NCBI GenBank assembly: GCA_023388535.1
Contig: JAEWFZ010000014.1
Span: forward strand, 3,873 to 67,872
Direction: 5' to 3'
Source of the DNA: Bacillota bacterium
Lineage (GTDB): Bacteria; Bacillota_I; Bacilli_A; Erysipelotrichales; Erysipelotrichaceae
Length of the DNA: 64,000 nt
Part shown: piece by piece, positions 29,703 through 39,172 of the stretch
Layout: each line of letters begins with the position of its first letter
Position numbering within the stretch: the stretch's first letter is position 1
Program-made: the position numbers and the translations under genes
The notes under the pieces: model-generated
The model's database searches: none
Told to the model about the DNA's origin: nothing
What the model saw: only the letters and a program-made list of their open reading frames with translations

Positions 29703-31022
29703 TTACTGCCTTTCTATTTCGATAACTTTAGTTGTGAGTCTTCCATCAACATATTGTATAATAACTTCACTATTTTTACTAATTTGCTTAATAGATATCA
29801 AGCGTTTCTGGTTATGGGTTGTCGTCACATAGCCCTTTTGCATTAGCTTTAAGGGTGATCGTTCGTCGAGTTGAGTAATTAGTATATTTAATCTCTGTCG
29901 ATTGGATTTAACCAACTGCGCTTGTAGATTGATAAATTGGCTGCGTTTACGCTCAAGCAGATGGACTTGTTGTTGAACTTTTTTATCAAGTCGAGTCTTC
30001 ATCGAGGTTACATCTTGTTCAATCTTAAAGGCCATCTTTGAGAATTGGCTCGAATAACGAGATAAGGATGAATCCAAATCTCTCAATTTTTGACTTTGAT
30101 AATGAATTAATAGACTCGGCATTTGAAAATAGCGATGTGAAAGTAATTGATTCAAATGATTTTGTTGTAGCTTTAATTTCAAACCAATCCGATCTTTTAA
30201 CTGTTTATCCAGTGATTCTAAATCAGTAATGACTTCATTCTGATTAGGAGTCGCCGCTTGAGCGGCAGCGGTTGGCGTCAAAGCCCTCAAATCCGCGACA
30301 TAATCTACTAAAGTCACATCAATCTCATGACCGACACCAGTTATAATTGGCGTTTTCATAGCAAATATAAAACGGGCTAATTGTTCATTGTTAAAAGCCC
30401 ATAAATCTTCTAAGGAACCACCACCGCGGACCAATAAAATCGTATCGTGATTATCTTTATCGGCTATCTCTAATTTAGAAATAAGGTCTAAACTGGCTCG
30501 TTCTCCTTGAACTAGCGATTCATAGACACTAACGTTCGCCATTGGCCAGCGTTCTTTTAGAGTTTTTAGAACATCAGCAAGCGCTGCGGATTGACTCCCA
30601 GCTATAACACCAATCGAACTAGGATATCGTTTGATCGGTTTTTTATAGACTGGATCAAATAAACCTTCCTTATGTAGTTTATCGCGCAATTCTAAATACG
30701 CCTGATAAAGCGCACCTTCGCCATCTAAAGCCATCGTTGAACAAACCAGCTGTAATTGTCCAGATCCTAAATAAACCGTAGTAACCGCTCTAACGACCAC
30801 TTGTTGGCCATCCTTAACCTGGAACTTGACCATTTTATTATAGGACTGAAACATCACACAATTAATTCTTGATTTATCGTCTTTTAAAGAAAAATACCAA
30901 TGTCCAGAACGATGTTTGACTAAATTAGAAATCTCACCAACAACAGATATATTCTGCAAATTGGGCTGACTATCTAAAATCATCTTAATTGAGGATACTA
31001 ACTGGGTAATAGTCAGGTTCAT
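29703..31022 (-). CDS. xseA: Exodeoxyribonuclease VII large subunit
   Basis: 439 aa with an N-terminal OB fold (GEISNLVKHRSGHWYFSLKD) and a catalytic core (RGGGSLEDLWAFN). Confidence 0.92.
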   Translation of the reverse strand: MNLTITQLVSSIKMILDSQPNLQNISVVGEISNLVKHRSGHWYFSLKDDKSRINCVMFQSYNKMVKFQVKDGQQVVVRAVTTVYLGSGQLQLVCSTMALDGEGALYQAYLELRDKLHKEGLFDPVYKKPIKRYPSSIGVIAGSQSAALADVLKTLKERWPMANVSVYESLVQGERASLDLISKLEIADKDNHDTILLVRGGGSLEDLWAFNNEQLARFIFAMKTPIITGVGHEIDVTLVDYVADLRALTPTAAAQAATPNQNEVITDLESLDKQLKDRIGLKLKLQQNHLNQLLSHRYFQMPSLLIHYQSQKLRDLDSSLSRYSSQFSKMAFKIEQDVTSMKTRLDKKVQQQVHLLERKRSQFINLQAQLVKSNRQRLNILITQLDERSPLKLMQKGYVTTTHNQKRLISIKQISKNSEVIIQYVDGRLTTKVIEIERQ

Positions 31023-31405
31023 ATATCTAATACCTTATCTAAAGTAGCATTAATCAGTTTAAAGCTATCCTCGTCGCAGTACTCTTTGGCTAACTCAATA
31101 GCTTCATCTATTATTACTTGTTTTGGACTAGCTTCAATGACCGCTTCTCCACAAGCTAACAGTAAAATAGCTTGTTCGACAAAACCAAGTCGTTCAAATT
31201 TCCAATCGTATAAAGATTCTTGAATCAAGGCCGATAAATCTTCTAGATTTTCTAAAGCATAGCGACTGCTATTTAGAAAATTTGATTCTTTTAAATCCTC
31301 ATAGTTAAAAGTGAAGTCCTGATCAATGGTGGACTTCAATAAATTTTCATAAATGAAACTCATCGCCTTAATTCGGTCTTGATGTCTAGAGATTTTTTGT
31401 GTCAT
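31019..31405 (-). CDS. nusB: Transcription antitermination factor NusB
   Basis: About 130 aa of the NusB family. The start was chosen at the ATG with 5-nt spacing from SD AGGAG; alternatives are 31408 and 31423. Confidence 0.85.
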   Translation of the reverse strand: MTQKISRHQDRIKAMSFIYENLLKSTIDQDFTFNYEDLKESNFLNSSRYALENLEDLSALIQESLYDWKFERLGFVEQAILLLACGEAVIEASPKQVIIDEAIELAKEYCDEDSFKLINATLDKVLDI

Positions 31406-31446
31406 CATAGCTCCTATTCGCATCTAATTTTAACATAATAACTAGT

Positions 31447-31468
31447 AAAAAAGCCAAGACGGCTTTTT
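31447..31468 (-). terminator. Possible attenuator/terminator hairpin between asp23 and nusB
   Basis: Stem AAAAAGCC / GGCTTTTT with a 5-nt loop. The arms supply A and T runs in both orientations. Confidence 0.4.
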
Positions 31469-31473
31469 ATAAA

Positions 31474-31803
31474 TTATTCAAATACAAACCCACTTACTTT
31501 GACATCAATGTTACCGATATTTACATCCGTGGTTTGCTTGATAACATTGACAATCTTTTCTTGAATCTTCATCGAGACGCGTTGAGCGCTTTGTCCATAT
31601 TTCAAGCGAACATCAACTAATATCGATAAGGTATTCTCCTTGTCGATGGACAAGACGACACCGCTCTTCCAAGAAGTATCAGCCAGCGTAACGCCTTCCA
31701 TCTCCTCTAAGGTAATTCGTACGATCGATTCAAAGACGGCTTTGGATAGTTGTACAGTACCTAATTTTTCATCTTTTTTTGAAATAACATATTCATTTGC
31801 CAT
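31474..31803 (-). CDS. Asp23/Gls24 family protein (YqhY-like)
   Basis: MANEYVISKKDEKLGTVQLSKAVFESIV is typical of the Asp23/DUF322 family. It lies upstream of nusB as in Bacillus. SD GGTAGGTGA precedes the ATG at 31803. Confidence 0.8.
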   Translation of the reverse strand: MANEYVISKKDEKLGTVQLSKAVFESIVRITLEEMEGVTLADTSWKSGVVLSIDKENTLSILVDVRLKYGQSAQRVSMKIQEKIVNVIKQTTDVNIGNIDVKVSGFVFE

Positions 31804-31823
31804 AGTTTCACCTACCTGCATAA

Positions 31824-31832
31824 ATTATAGCA
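31824..31832 (-). promoter_or_regulatory. Extended -10 promoter TGCTATAAT for the asp23-nusB operon
   Basis: The reverse complement reads TGCTATAAT, about 20 nt upstream of the asp23 ATG. Confidence 0.55.
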
Positions 31833-31864
31833 TAATCATGAGAATTTAGACGAAAAAGCGCCAT

Positions 31865-31881
31865 TTATCCACTTATCCACA
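31865..31881 (+). promoter_or_regulatory. Two abutting DnaA boxes (TTATCCACT + TTATCCACA)
   Basis: TTATCCACTTATCCACA was read directly; the second box is the perfect 9-mer consensus. A degenerate third box, TTTCCCACA, lies at 31895-31903. Confidence 0.6.
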
Positions 31882-32003
31882 GCTTGAAATATTGTTTCCC
31901 ACAATTTCAAAGTTACCCAAATACTATCAAAATATAGTAGTTTTAGACTTAAAAATAGAATATATCAATTTCATATTATTTATTAAATAATTTGTGTAAA
32001 TGA

Positions 32004-32026
32004 AAAAGCTCTAAAGTGAGCTTTAA
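32004..32026 (-). terminator. Terminator hairpin overlapping the ribF stop
   Basis: On the minus strand, stem AAAGCTC / GAGCTTT is followed by TTTC. Confidence 0.5.
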
Positions 32027-32970
32027 TATTTATATAATTTTTTATTAAAATAGGATTTAGTCAGTTCGTAATCTAACTGTAATTGTTGAGCTAATTGGTC
32101 AAGATTATCAAAGGTTTTTTGATCTCTTAGAAACTCTCTAAATTCAAAACGAACCGATTTACCATAAAGGTCGACCGACTGATCGATTAGATGTGCTTCA
32201 AGGCTGAGGGGCAAATCCTTGTCAATCGTTGTATTATGACCAATCGATATCATCGCTGGATATTGGGCATCATTTAGATGTACCAAACCCGCATAGACGC
32301 CAACCTTAGGAATTAAGTAATCGGCATCGACCTCTAGATTTGCGGTTGGAAATCCTAGTTCTTTCCCCTTTTTCCTACCATGGACGATGATTCCTTTTAG
32401 CGAATAATAGCGACCTAATAGATTAGGTAAGTCTTGGACTTGGCCAAGTTCAAGCTTTGATTTAATCCGCGTCGATGAGATTTTTTCATTCATATAAGTT
32501 ACCGGTTCGATAATCTCTACGGTAAAGCGATTTTGAGCCTGTTCTACCAATAATTGGCTATCGCCCTGCCCTCTATAGCCGAAACGGAAATCATAGCCGA
32601 CAACGACATGTTTAGCCCGTAAAGCAACAATCGTTTTTTCGATAAAAGCTTTGGGTTCTGTTTCCGAGGTTTCCTTGGTAAAATCTAGGACAAACCAATA
32701 ATCTAAACCCATCGCTTCGCCTAATTGTTGACGATCGATGACACTGGTTAAATGTTTTAATTCAGCATCCGGTTTGACAATCTTAATTGGATCGGGTTCA
32801 AACGTTAATAAAGCGCTTCTTATATTCAGTTCTTTTGCCTTGCTGATGGTTTGTGTGACTAACTTTTGATGGCCTAAATGCAATCCATCAAAAAATCCGA
32901 CACATAGTGCAAGATCATCTTCAATATTTAAGGGTTCTCCTTGTTTAAAATATTTAACTATCATTACCAT
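32023..32970 (-). CDS. ribF: Bifunctional riboflavin kinase / FMN adenylyltransferase
   Basis: GFFDGLHLGHQ in the FAD synthetase N-domain and GFPTANL in the riboflavin kinase C-domain. The start may instead be the ATG at 32964. Confidence 0.92.
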   Translation of the reverse strand: MVMIVKYFKQGEPLNIEDDLALCVGFFDGLHLGHQKLVTQTISKAKELNIRSALLTFEPDPIKIVKPDAELKHLTSVIDRQQLGEAMGLDYWFVLDFTKETSETEPKAFIEKTIVALRAKHVVVGYDFRFGYRGQGDSQLLVEQAQNRFTVEIIEPVTYMNEKISSTRIKSKLELGQVQDLPNLLGRYYSLKGIIVHGRKKGKELGFPTANLEVDADYLIPKVGVYAGLVHLNDAQYPAMISIGHNTTIDKDLPLSLEAHLIDQSVDLYGKSVRFEFREFLRDQKTFDNLDQLAQQLQLDYELTKSYFNKKLYKY

Positions 32971-33812
32971 AAACCTCTTTCTGTTATAAATTTATTCGCT
33001 TCTAAGCGTTTATATACCGCCAGTGGCTCATTGTTATACATTACTAAGATGCGGTCCTCTAAACTATCAATCAGTAGTGGCTTGCCTTGATACACCGGAA
33101 GCGCATCTTCAATCTCATAGGTTTCAAAATGACTTAAGGCTTCTTTCGCATCTAAACGATAGGCTTGATCATTTTCAAGCACATCTTCTAAGCTTCCGGC
33201 TTGTTCTATACGATAAGGTCCAACAAGGGTACGTTTTAGTGAGCTCATAGTTCCGATGGTTCCAAGTTTTTCGGCGATATCTTCACATAAGGTACGAATA
33301 TAGGTGCCAGTACTAACCATTGCCATAAATTCAATTTGACCACTTTCAGCATCGTAATTAATAAACTCAAGCTGATAGATTTCGATATCATGGTATTGAG
33401 TTTCAACCTCAATTGCTTGTCGATGATATTGATAGAGTTTTTTACCAGCTACTTTCTTGGCCGAGACCATTGGTACTCGTTGTTTTTGTTTACCGATAAA
33501 AGAGGCTAATACCGCTTGTATCTGTGATTTCTCTAATATAATAAGGTCGCTTTTTTCCAATACTTTACCCCAGATATCTCCGCTATCGCTTCTTAAACCC
33601 AGTTGGATTTGAGCGTGATATTGTTTGGGCTCCGCCTGTAAAAACTGTAGGTATTTGGTCATCTTTCCGACCAAAATTACCAATAATCCGGTAGCTTGAG
33701 GATCCAAGGTTCCCATATGCCCAACCTTGACTCGGTACTTCTTTCGAATCTGGGAAACAACGTCAAAGGAGGTCATATTTTTAGGTTTATTTACGGCTAA
33801 AATTAAGTCCAT
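32964..33812 (-). CDS. truB: tRNA pseudouridine-55 synthase
   Basis: Contains the GHMGTLDP catalytic Asp motif. 282 aa, in the conserved truB-ribF pairing. Confidence 0.92.
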   Translation of the reverse strand: MDLILAVNKPKNMTSFDVVSQIRKKYRVKVGHMGTLDPQATGLLVILVGKMTKYLQFLQAEPKQYHAQIQLGLRSDSGDIWGKVLEKSDLIILEKSQIQAVLASFIGKQKQRVPMVSAKKVAGKKLYQYHRQAIEVETQYHDIEIYQLEFINYDAESGQIEFMAMVSTGTYIRTLCEDIAEKLGTIGTMSSLKRTLVGPYRIEQAGSLEDVLENDQAYRLDAKEALSHFETYEIEDALPVYQGKPLLIDSLEDRILVMYNNEPLAVYKRLEANKFITERGLW

Positions 33813-33848
33813 TATTTCACCTCTTGAGTATTATACCACTGAATCGAC

Positions 33849-33876
33849 TTGACAAAGAAAATATTGTCTATATAAT
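33849..33876 (+). promoter_or_regulatory. Sigma-A promoter (TTGACA-16-TATAAT)
   Basis: TTGACA at 33849-33854 and TATAAT at 33871-33876. Confidence 0.7.
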
Positions 33877-33897
33877 CAAAACTATCAAAAGTGAATC

Positions 33898-34046
33898 TAG
33901 AGGTAGCGATGCAGATAAGTATCTTAGGGAGCCGACGGGCTAAGAACTAAGAGAAAGGCAATCATCGCCGAATAAAGCTATGGGTACATGGTTTTATGGG
34001 GTTGTGGGAAATACCTACAACACTCCTTCTTATGAAGAGGTGCTAA
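33898..34046 (+). promoter_or_regulatory. Lysine riboswitch (L-box)
   Basis: Conserved blocks AGAGGTAGCG...AGTA...GGGAG...GAAAGG...TCGCCGAA...GGGGTTGTGGGAAATACCTACAACACT...GAGGTGCT match the L-box architecture seen in B. subtilis lysC and the Thermotoga aptamer. Confidence 0.8.
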
Positions 34047-34059
34047 GTGAAGTCTAATT

Positions 34060-34090
34060 AAAGAGATCATTTAGCCAAATGATCTCTTTT
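34060..34090 (+). terminator. Riboswitch expression-platform terminator
   Basis: 12-bp stem AAAGAGATCATT / AATGATCTCTTT followed by TTTT. Confidence 0.8.
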
Positions 34091-34113
34091 GATTAGAAAG
34101 CGTGGGAAATATA

Positions 34114-34926
34114 ATGAAGAAAATTACCCTATTACTAATTGTTTTACTCTTGGCGGCCTGTACGCCCCGCCAAACAACCACTTCCGTGTTAAAAGTAGGC
34201 ATGGAATGTAATTACGCCCCTTTCAATTGGATGCAGCCAGAAGCTAGCGATGATGCGGTGTATGTCGAAAACAGCAAGTCCTATTGTGGAGGCTATGATG
34301 TGTTGGTAGCTAAAGAAATTGCTGCCAAGCTAGATCGTAAGCTGGAAATTGTACCGATTGCCTGGGAAGGACTAATACCGGCCTTACAAGCGGATAGTAT
34401 CGACCTAATTATCGCTGGTATGACCGCCACGGCGCTGCGTCGTCAAGAAGTAAGTTTCACCGAACCTTATTACTACTCAGACTATGTGGTTTTAGTTCTA
34501 AATGATTCCGCCTATGCCTCAGCACGATCACTAGAAGACTTAGCTAAGGCACGCTTTGTCGGTCAAATGTCAACTAATTATGATTTAATCATCGATCAAA
34601 TTCCTGAAGTCATCCACGAACCAGCTTTAGCTTCGGTTCCACTTATAGTAGCCGCAATTAAACAAAAAGCCTATGATGGTACGGTGGTTGAAAAACCGGT
34701 CGCTAACGCTATTATTGCCACGAATCCGGAATTGACGATGGTAGAATTTGATAAAGGCAAAGGCTTTGTTCAGGATGAAGATATCACCACAGAAGTTTCC
34801 ATTGCTGTCAAAAAGGAAAATAGCGAATTATTAGAACAAATAGACACTATCCTTAAACAATTAACGGTTGAACAAAGAGAAGCTTTAATGGAAAAGGCCA
34901 TCAAAAATCAACCCGCTGGTGAATAA
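34114..34926 (+). CDS. Polar amino-acid ABC transporter substrate-binding lipoprotein (probably lysine)
   Basis: MKKITLLLIVLLLAAC is a signal peptide with a lipobox. The body is SBP_bac_3-like. It lies downstream of the L-box. Confidence 0.8.
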   Translation: MKKITLLLIVLLLAACTPRQTTTSVLKVGMECNYAPFNWMQPEASDDAVYVENSKSYCGGYDVLVAKEIAAKLDRKLEIVPIAWEGLIPALQADSIDLIIAGMTATALRRQEVSFTEPYYYSDYVVLVLNDSAYASARSLEDLAKARFVGQMSTNYDLIIDQIPEVIHEPALASVPLIVAAIKQKAYDGTVVEKPVANAIIATNPELTMVEFDKGKGFVQDEDITTEVSIAVKKENSELLEQIDTILKQLTVEQREALMEKAIKNQPAGE

Positions 34927-34928
34927 TT

Positions 34929-35660
34929 TTGTTAGATATTAATAAAGCCATTACCCTGGTCATGCGTCATGGACCGATGCTTTATCAAGGGATAAAAACG
35001 ACGTTGATTATTTCTTTAACCGCCACCGTTTTTGGTTTAATTATTGGCTTTTTCCTGAGTCAAATTCGTTCATTACAAACTCAAGCCTATCCTAAATGGA
35101 TGCGTCTACCGCTTCAGCTACTTAAATGGTTGGTTAGTTTTTATATAGAGTTTGTCCGTGGTACACCGATGATCGCTCAGGCCGTTTTCCTTTACTATGG
35201 CTTAAAGCCCGTCTTAATGTGGTCCCCTTTTGTGGCAGGAATTATCATCGTTTCCTTCAATACCTCAGCCTATATGGCGGAAGTACTTCGCGCTGGCATT
35301 CAAGCGATTGATCCGGGTCAAGAGGAAGCTGCCCAAGCTTTGGGAATGAGTGCTAAAGATACCTTTCGCAGTATTATCTTGCCTCAAGCCATCCGTAACG
35401 CATATCCGGCTATTGGTAATGAATTTGTCGTTAATATAAAAGATACTAGTATCTTAAATGTGATTGCGGTTACGGATTTATTTTATCAGTCGATGAGTAT
35501 TGGCGGAACCTATTTTGCTTACCAAGAAATGATGTTCATCAATTTAATTATTTACTTTCTACTAACATCAGCGGTTTCCTTAGTTTTGAGAATGATTGAA
35601 AAACGTCTCAATTTAAAGAAACAATCGATTATGTCACAATCCGTTGAGGTGCATTTATGA
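34929..35660 (+). CDS. Amino-acid ABC transporter permease
   Basis: His/Glu/Gln/Arg-type permease with an EAA-like loop (EEAAQALGMS) and a TTG start. Confidence 0.8.
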   Translation: MLDINKAITLVMRHGPMLYQGIKTTLIISLTATVFGLIIGFFLSQIRSLQTQAYPKWMRLPLQLLKWLVSFYIEFVRGTPMIAQAVFLYYGLKPVLMWSPFVAGIIIVSFNTSAYMAEVLRAGIQAIDPGQEEAAQALGMSAKDTFRSIILPQAIRNAYPAIGNEFVVNIKDTSILNVIAVTDLFYQSMSIGGTYFAYQEMMFINLIIYFLLTSAVSLVLRMIEKRLNLKKQSIMSQSVEVHL

Positions 35661-36388
35661 GTCTTTTTGAAATCAAAAATTTATCGAAAAACTATGACAA
35701 ACATCAAGTTATCCAAGATTTGAGTCTTACCCTTCTACCACAGCAAGTGACCGCCATCATCGGTCCTTCTGGTTCTGGCAAATCAACTTTGTTAAGAACC
35801 TTAAATCTATTAGAAGATATTCAAGCTGGCAGTATTGAATATCAAGGACAGGAGATTCATGCGGATACCTTTAATAAAAACATTTATCGCGCTGAAGTGG
35901 GGATGATTTTTCAACAGTTTAATCTCTTTAATCATCTCACCGTCCTTGAAAATTGTAATCTAGCTCAACAGAAAGTATTAAAACGAAGTAAAAAAGAAGC
36001 GACTGCCATCTCACTGTCGATGTTGGATAAGGTCGGATTAAAAAACTACGCCGAACAATCCGTAACTTTACTTTCAGGCGGTCAAAAACAAAGAGTGGCG
36101 ATCGCCCGGGCGCTTTGTATGAATCCTCAAGTATTGTTGTTGGATGAACCTACCTCAGCGCTTGATCCACAGATGGTTGACGAAGTTTTAGAAGTTATCA
36201 AAGAACTCTCAACAACCCAAAAAATTACGATGATCATTGTCACCCATGAGATGCGTTTTGCTAAAGAAATCAGTGATCGTGTTATCTTTATGATGGATGG
36301 TAAAATCATCGAAGATAGCGATTCCAAGACCTTTTTTAGCCAACCTCGTACCCTTGAAGGACAAAAATTCATTACTAAATACTTATAA
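35657..36388 (+). CDS. Amino-acid ABC transporter ATP-binding protein
   Basis: Walker A GPSGSGKST, signature LSGGQKQRV and Walker B LLLDEPTSALD. Confidence 0.9.
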   Translation: MSLFEIKNLSKNYDKHQVIQDLSLTLLPQQVTAIIGPSGSGKSTLLRTLNLLEDIQAGSIEYQGQEIHADTFNKNIYRAEVGMIFQQFNLFNHLTVLENCNLAQQKVLKRSKKEATAISLSMLDKVGLKNYAEQSVTLLSGGQKQRVAIARALCMNPQVLLLDEPTSALDPQMVDEVLEVIKELSTTQKITMIIVTHEMRFAKEISDRVIFMMDGKIIEDSDSKTFFSQPRTLEGQKFITKYL

Positions 36389-36424
36389 AAAAAGGATTGA
36401 GTTTGATACAACTCAATCCTTTTC
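36387..36424. terminator. Bidirectional terminator (ABC operon / rbfA)
   Basis: Stem AAAGGATTGAGTT / AACTCAATCCTTT flanked by an A-run and a T-run. Confidence 0.8.
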
Positions 36425-36425
36425 C

Positions 36426-36785
36426 TTATTCGTCTTCTTTAGTCTCACTGCTAATTTGCTTTAAGACTTGATCAATTCTCGCCCTTTCATCAAAGCTACG
36501 ATCTAATTTAAAGATTAATTCAGGGACTTTTCTAGTTTTGATTTTACTAGCTAGTTTCGAACGTAGTACACCTTTTACTTTATCCATTTCAGCGAGTCGA
36601 TCTTTAAAACTAACATCGCTGGTTTCTAGAAAACTCATATAAATGGTCGCGTAACTATAGTCTCGGGTTAATTCAACATCGGTTATCGTAGCAAAACCAA
36701 TCGCTGAGTTTTTAATTTCAAATTGCAGGATATTGGATAATTCCTTACGAATTAGTCCTTCCAAGCGTTCTCTTTTGATACTCAT
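36426..36785 (-). CDS. rbfA: Ribosome-binding factor A
   Basis: 119 aa of the RbfA family, downstream of infB. Confidence 0.9.
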   Translation of the reverse strand: MSIKRERLEGLIRKELSNILQFEIKNSAIGFATITDVELTRDYSYATIYMSFLETSDVSFKDRLAEMDKVKGVLRSKLASKIKTRKVPELIFKLDRSFDERARIDQVLKQISSETKEDE

Positions 36786-38620
36786 GTAATACTCACCTCT
36801 TGTTCACCATAGGACTCAATTAAGTCGCCGACCTTGATATCGTTGAAGTGTTCAATGGTAATACCACATTCATAACCTTGGTTTACTTCACGAACATCGT
36901 TTTCAAAACGGCGCAGAGAGCCAATCTTGCCATCGTAAACAACGATACCATCACGGATTAAGCGAACTTGAGAATCACGAAGGATTTTACCATCGGTTAC
37001 ATAGGAACCAGCAATCGTACCTAAACGAGATACTTTAAATAGCTCGCGAACTTCAGCTTGTCCCCAGATAACTTCTTCATAGACTGGAGCCAACATCCCC
37101 TTCATCGCTGCTTCCATTTCTTCAACGACTTTGTAGATGATATTGTGCAAGCGAATGCTTACCCCTTCTTCTTCTGCTTTACTGCGGACTTGAGCGTTAG
37201 GGCGTACATTAAAGCCATAAATTAAAGCATCGGATGCGCTGGCTAGCATGACGTCAGATTCTGAAATTGCACCGGCTGTGGCCCGGATAACATTGATTCG
37301 AATCGATTCGACATCAATCCGTTCTAAAGCGTCTTTCACCGCTTCGGCAGATCCTTGAACGTCGGCTTTAATAATAATTGGAATCTCTTGGAAACCTTCT
37401 TCTTTAATTCGAGTTGATAAATCCTCTAAAGATAAAGCCGAAGAACGTTTACGTTCCGATTCTATCTTAGTTTGTAAGCGTCGTTCCGCTACGGCACGAG
37501 CTTTCTTTTCATCACTAAATTCTTTGAAGAGATCGCCAGCTTCCGGTACATCGGATAACCCGATAATCTTAACCGGCATCGATGGTCCCGCTTTCTTTAA
37601 ATCGCGACCCCGATCGTCCATCATTCTTCGAACTTTAGCAAAGGTATGACCAACAACTAACGAATCGGAAAGTTTTAAGGTACCCTTCTGAACTAAAACG
37701 GTAGCCACTGGTCCCATACCGCGGTCTAAGCGCGCTTCAACAACGGTACCAAAGGCATTGCGGTCTGGATTAGCTTTCAGTTCTAATAGTTCTGACATTA
37801 AGGTAACCGTTTCTAAGAGTTCATCAATGCCAATATTTTTTAAGGCAGAAACTTCAATAAATGGAATATCCCCACCATAAGCTTCGGCTAAGACGTTTAA
37901 TTCCGCTAATTCATTCATAACCCGTTCCGGATTTGCGGTCGGTTTATCAATTTTATTCACCGCTACAATAATAGGTACATTCGCGGCTTTAGCGTGGTCG
38001 ATGGCCTCTTTAGTTTGTGGCATTACGCCATCGTCAGCCGCAACTACGATAATTACGATATCGGTAATTTGAGCCCCACGTGCCCGCATGGCCGTAAAGG
38101 CTTCGTGACCTGGTGTATCTAAAAAAGTAATCGGTTGACCTTTAACTCGAAGTTGATACGCCCCGATATGTTGAGTAATACCGCCAAATTCTTCGGAAGT
38201 TACTTCGGTACTACGAATCGTATCCAATAAGGTAGTCTTACCATGGTCGACATGACCCATAATCGTGACTACTGGTGGACGATCTTTTAAGGTTGATGGA
38301 TCATCCTCTAATAAATCTTCTAAGGCATCCTCATCGACGACTTCTTCCTTGGTCGCTTCGACATCGTATTCCATCGCAATCAATTCAACCATTTCTTCAT
38401 TGAGGGGATCATTTATCGTCACCATAGTTCCCATCATAAATAACAAACGAATAATGTCAGAAGCGTTACGATTTAATTTAGTAGCTAGTTCATTTAAAGT
38501 GATGCCCTCATGATAGGTAATTTCTTTTACGACTTCAGCACGCGGTTTAAAATTCGATTTATTGTTACTTCGACGTTTATTTGTTCTTCGTTTTGTTTTT
38601 GTTTTTCTTTTTTGTGACAT
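36782..38620 (-). CDS. infB: Translation initiation factor IF-2 (short N-terminal region)
   Basis: G-domain motifs [17 protein letters not shown] and NKID; 612 aa. Confidence 0.95.
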   Translation of the reverse strand: MSQKRKTKTKRRTNKRRSNNKSNFKPRAEVVKEITYHEGITLNELATKLNRNASDIIRLLFMMGTMVTINDPLNEEMVELIAMEYDVEATKEEVVDEDALEDLLEDDPSTLKDRPPVVTIMGHVDHGKTTLLDTIRSTEVTSEEFGGITQHIGAYQLRVKGQPITFLDTPGHEAFTAMRARGAQITDIVIIVVAADDGVMPQTKEAIDHAKAANVPIIVAVNKIDKPTANPERVMNELAELNVLAEAYGGDIPFIEVSALKNIGIDELLETVTLMSELLELKANPDRNAFGTVVEARLDRGMGPVATVLVQKGTLKLSDSLVVGHTFAKVRRMMDDRGRDLKKAGPSMPVKIIGLSDVPEAGDLFKEFSDEKKARAVAERRLQTKIESERKRSSALSLEDLSTRIKEEGFQEIPIIIKADVQGSAEAVKDALERIDVESIRINVIRATAGAISESDVMLASASDALIYGFNVRPNAQVRSKAEEEGVSIRLHNIIYKVVEEMEAAMKGMLAPVYEEVIWGQAEVRELFKVSRLGTIAGSYVTDGKILRDSQVRLIRDGIVVYDGKIGSLRRFENDVREVNQGYECGITIEHFNDIKVGDLIESYGEQEVSIT

Positions 38621-38634
38621 ATTGCTCCTCCTTC

Positions 38635-38943
38635 TTACTGTAATATCTTCAAAAATCCTTTGTCTGTGATCCCAAGAACCATGCGATTAACTTTGCCAAT
38701 GGCTTGAGAAAGTTCTTTAGAACAATATTCTTGGTTTACTAAAATCTGTTTGTGTTGAGCACTCTTGATAAAACGCGCTTGGGTCTTTTCAGAAGCATCG
38801 TTAGCAATGAAAAGAAAATGGACTTGATTGGCTTTTAAAGCCACCAATAGTTCATCCCCACTAACCACCTGCCCAGCCCGATGGGCTAAGCCTAGATTAG
38901 ATAGGCGTTTATTTCTCTGAAACCAGTTGGATGAGTTGCTCAT
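38635..38943 (-). CDS. ylxQ: L7Ae-family RNA-binding protein YlxQ
   Basis: [17 protein letters not shown] matches YlxQ. The ATG at 38943 was chosen by N-terminal similarity. It overlaps ylxR by 35 nt. Confidence 0.75.
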   Translation of the reverse strand: MSNSSNWFQRNKRLSNLGLAHRAGQVVSGDELLVALKANQVHFLFIANDASEKTQARFIKSAQHKQILVNQEYCSKELSQAIGKVNRMVLGITDKGFLKILQ

Positions 38944-39172
38944 AAATCTCCTCACTAATCTCGATGTTTAGAGCGCGTTTTAAACTACCTTTTTTCCGGG
39001 CCATTTCAATCGCCTCTAAACTATGTTTCAAATAAGCCCCACGACCATTAGCTTTGCCGGTAGGATCAATCTTAACTTCTTTTTCCGGAGTTCTGACGAT
39101 GCGAATTAGCTGTTTTTTGGGTAATTGTTCCCCGGTCGCTACACAGCGCCGTAAAATAACTTTTCTAGTCAT
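38909..39172 (-). CDS. ylxR: YlxR (DUF448) RNA-binding protein
   Basis: RRCVATGE...GRGAYL is the signature of the family. It sits between nusA and ylxQ. Confidence 0.85.
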   Translation of the reverse strand: MTRKVILRRCVATGEQLPKKQLIRIVRTPEKEVKIDPTGKANGRGAYLKHSLEAIEMARKKGSLKRALNIEISEEIYEQLIQLVSEK

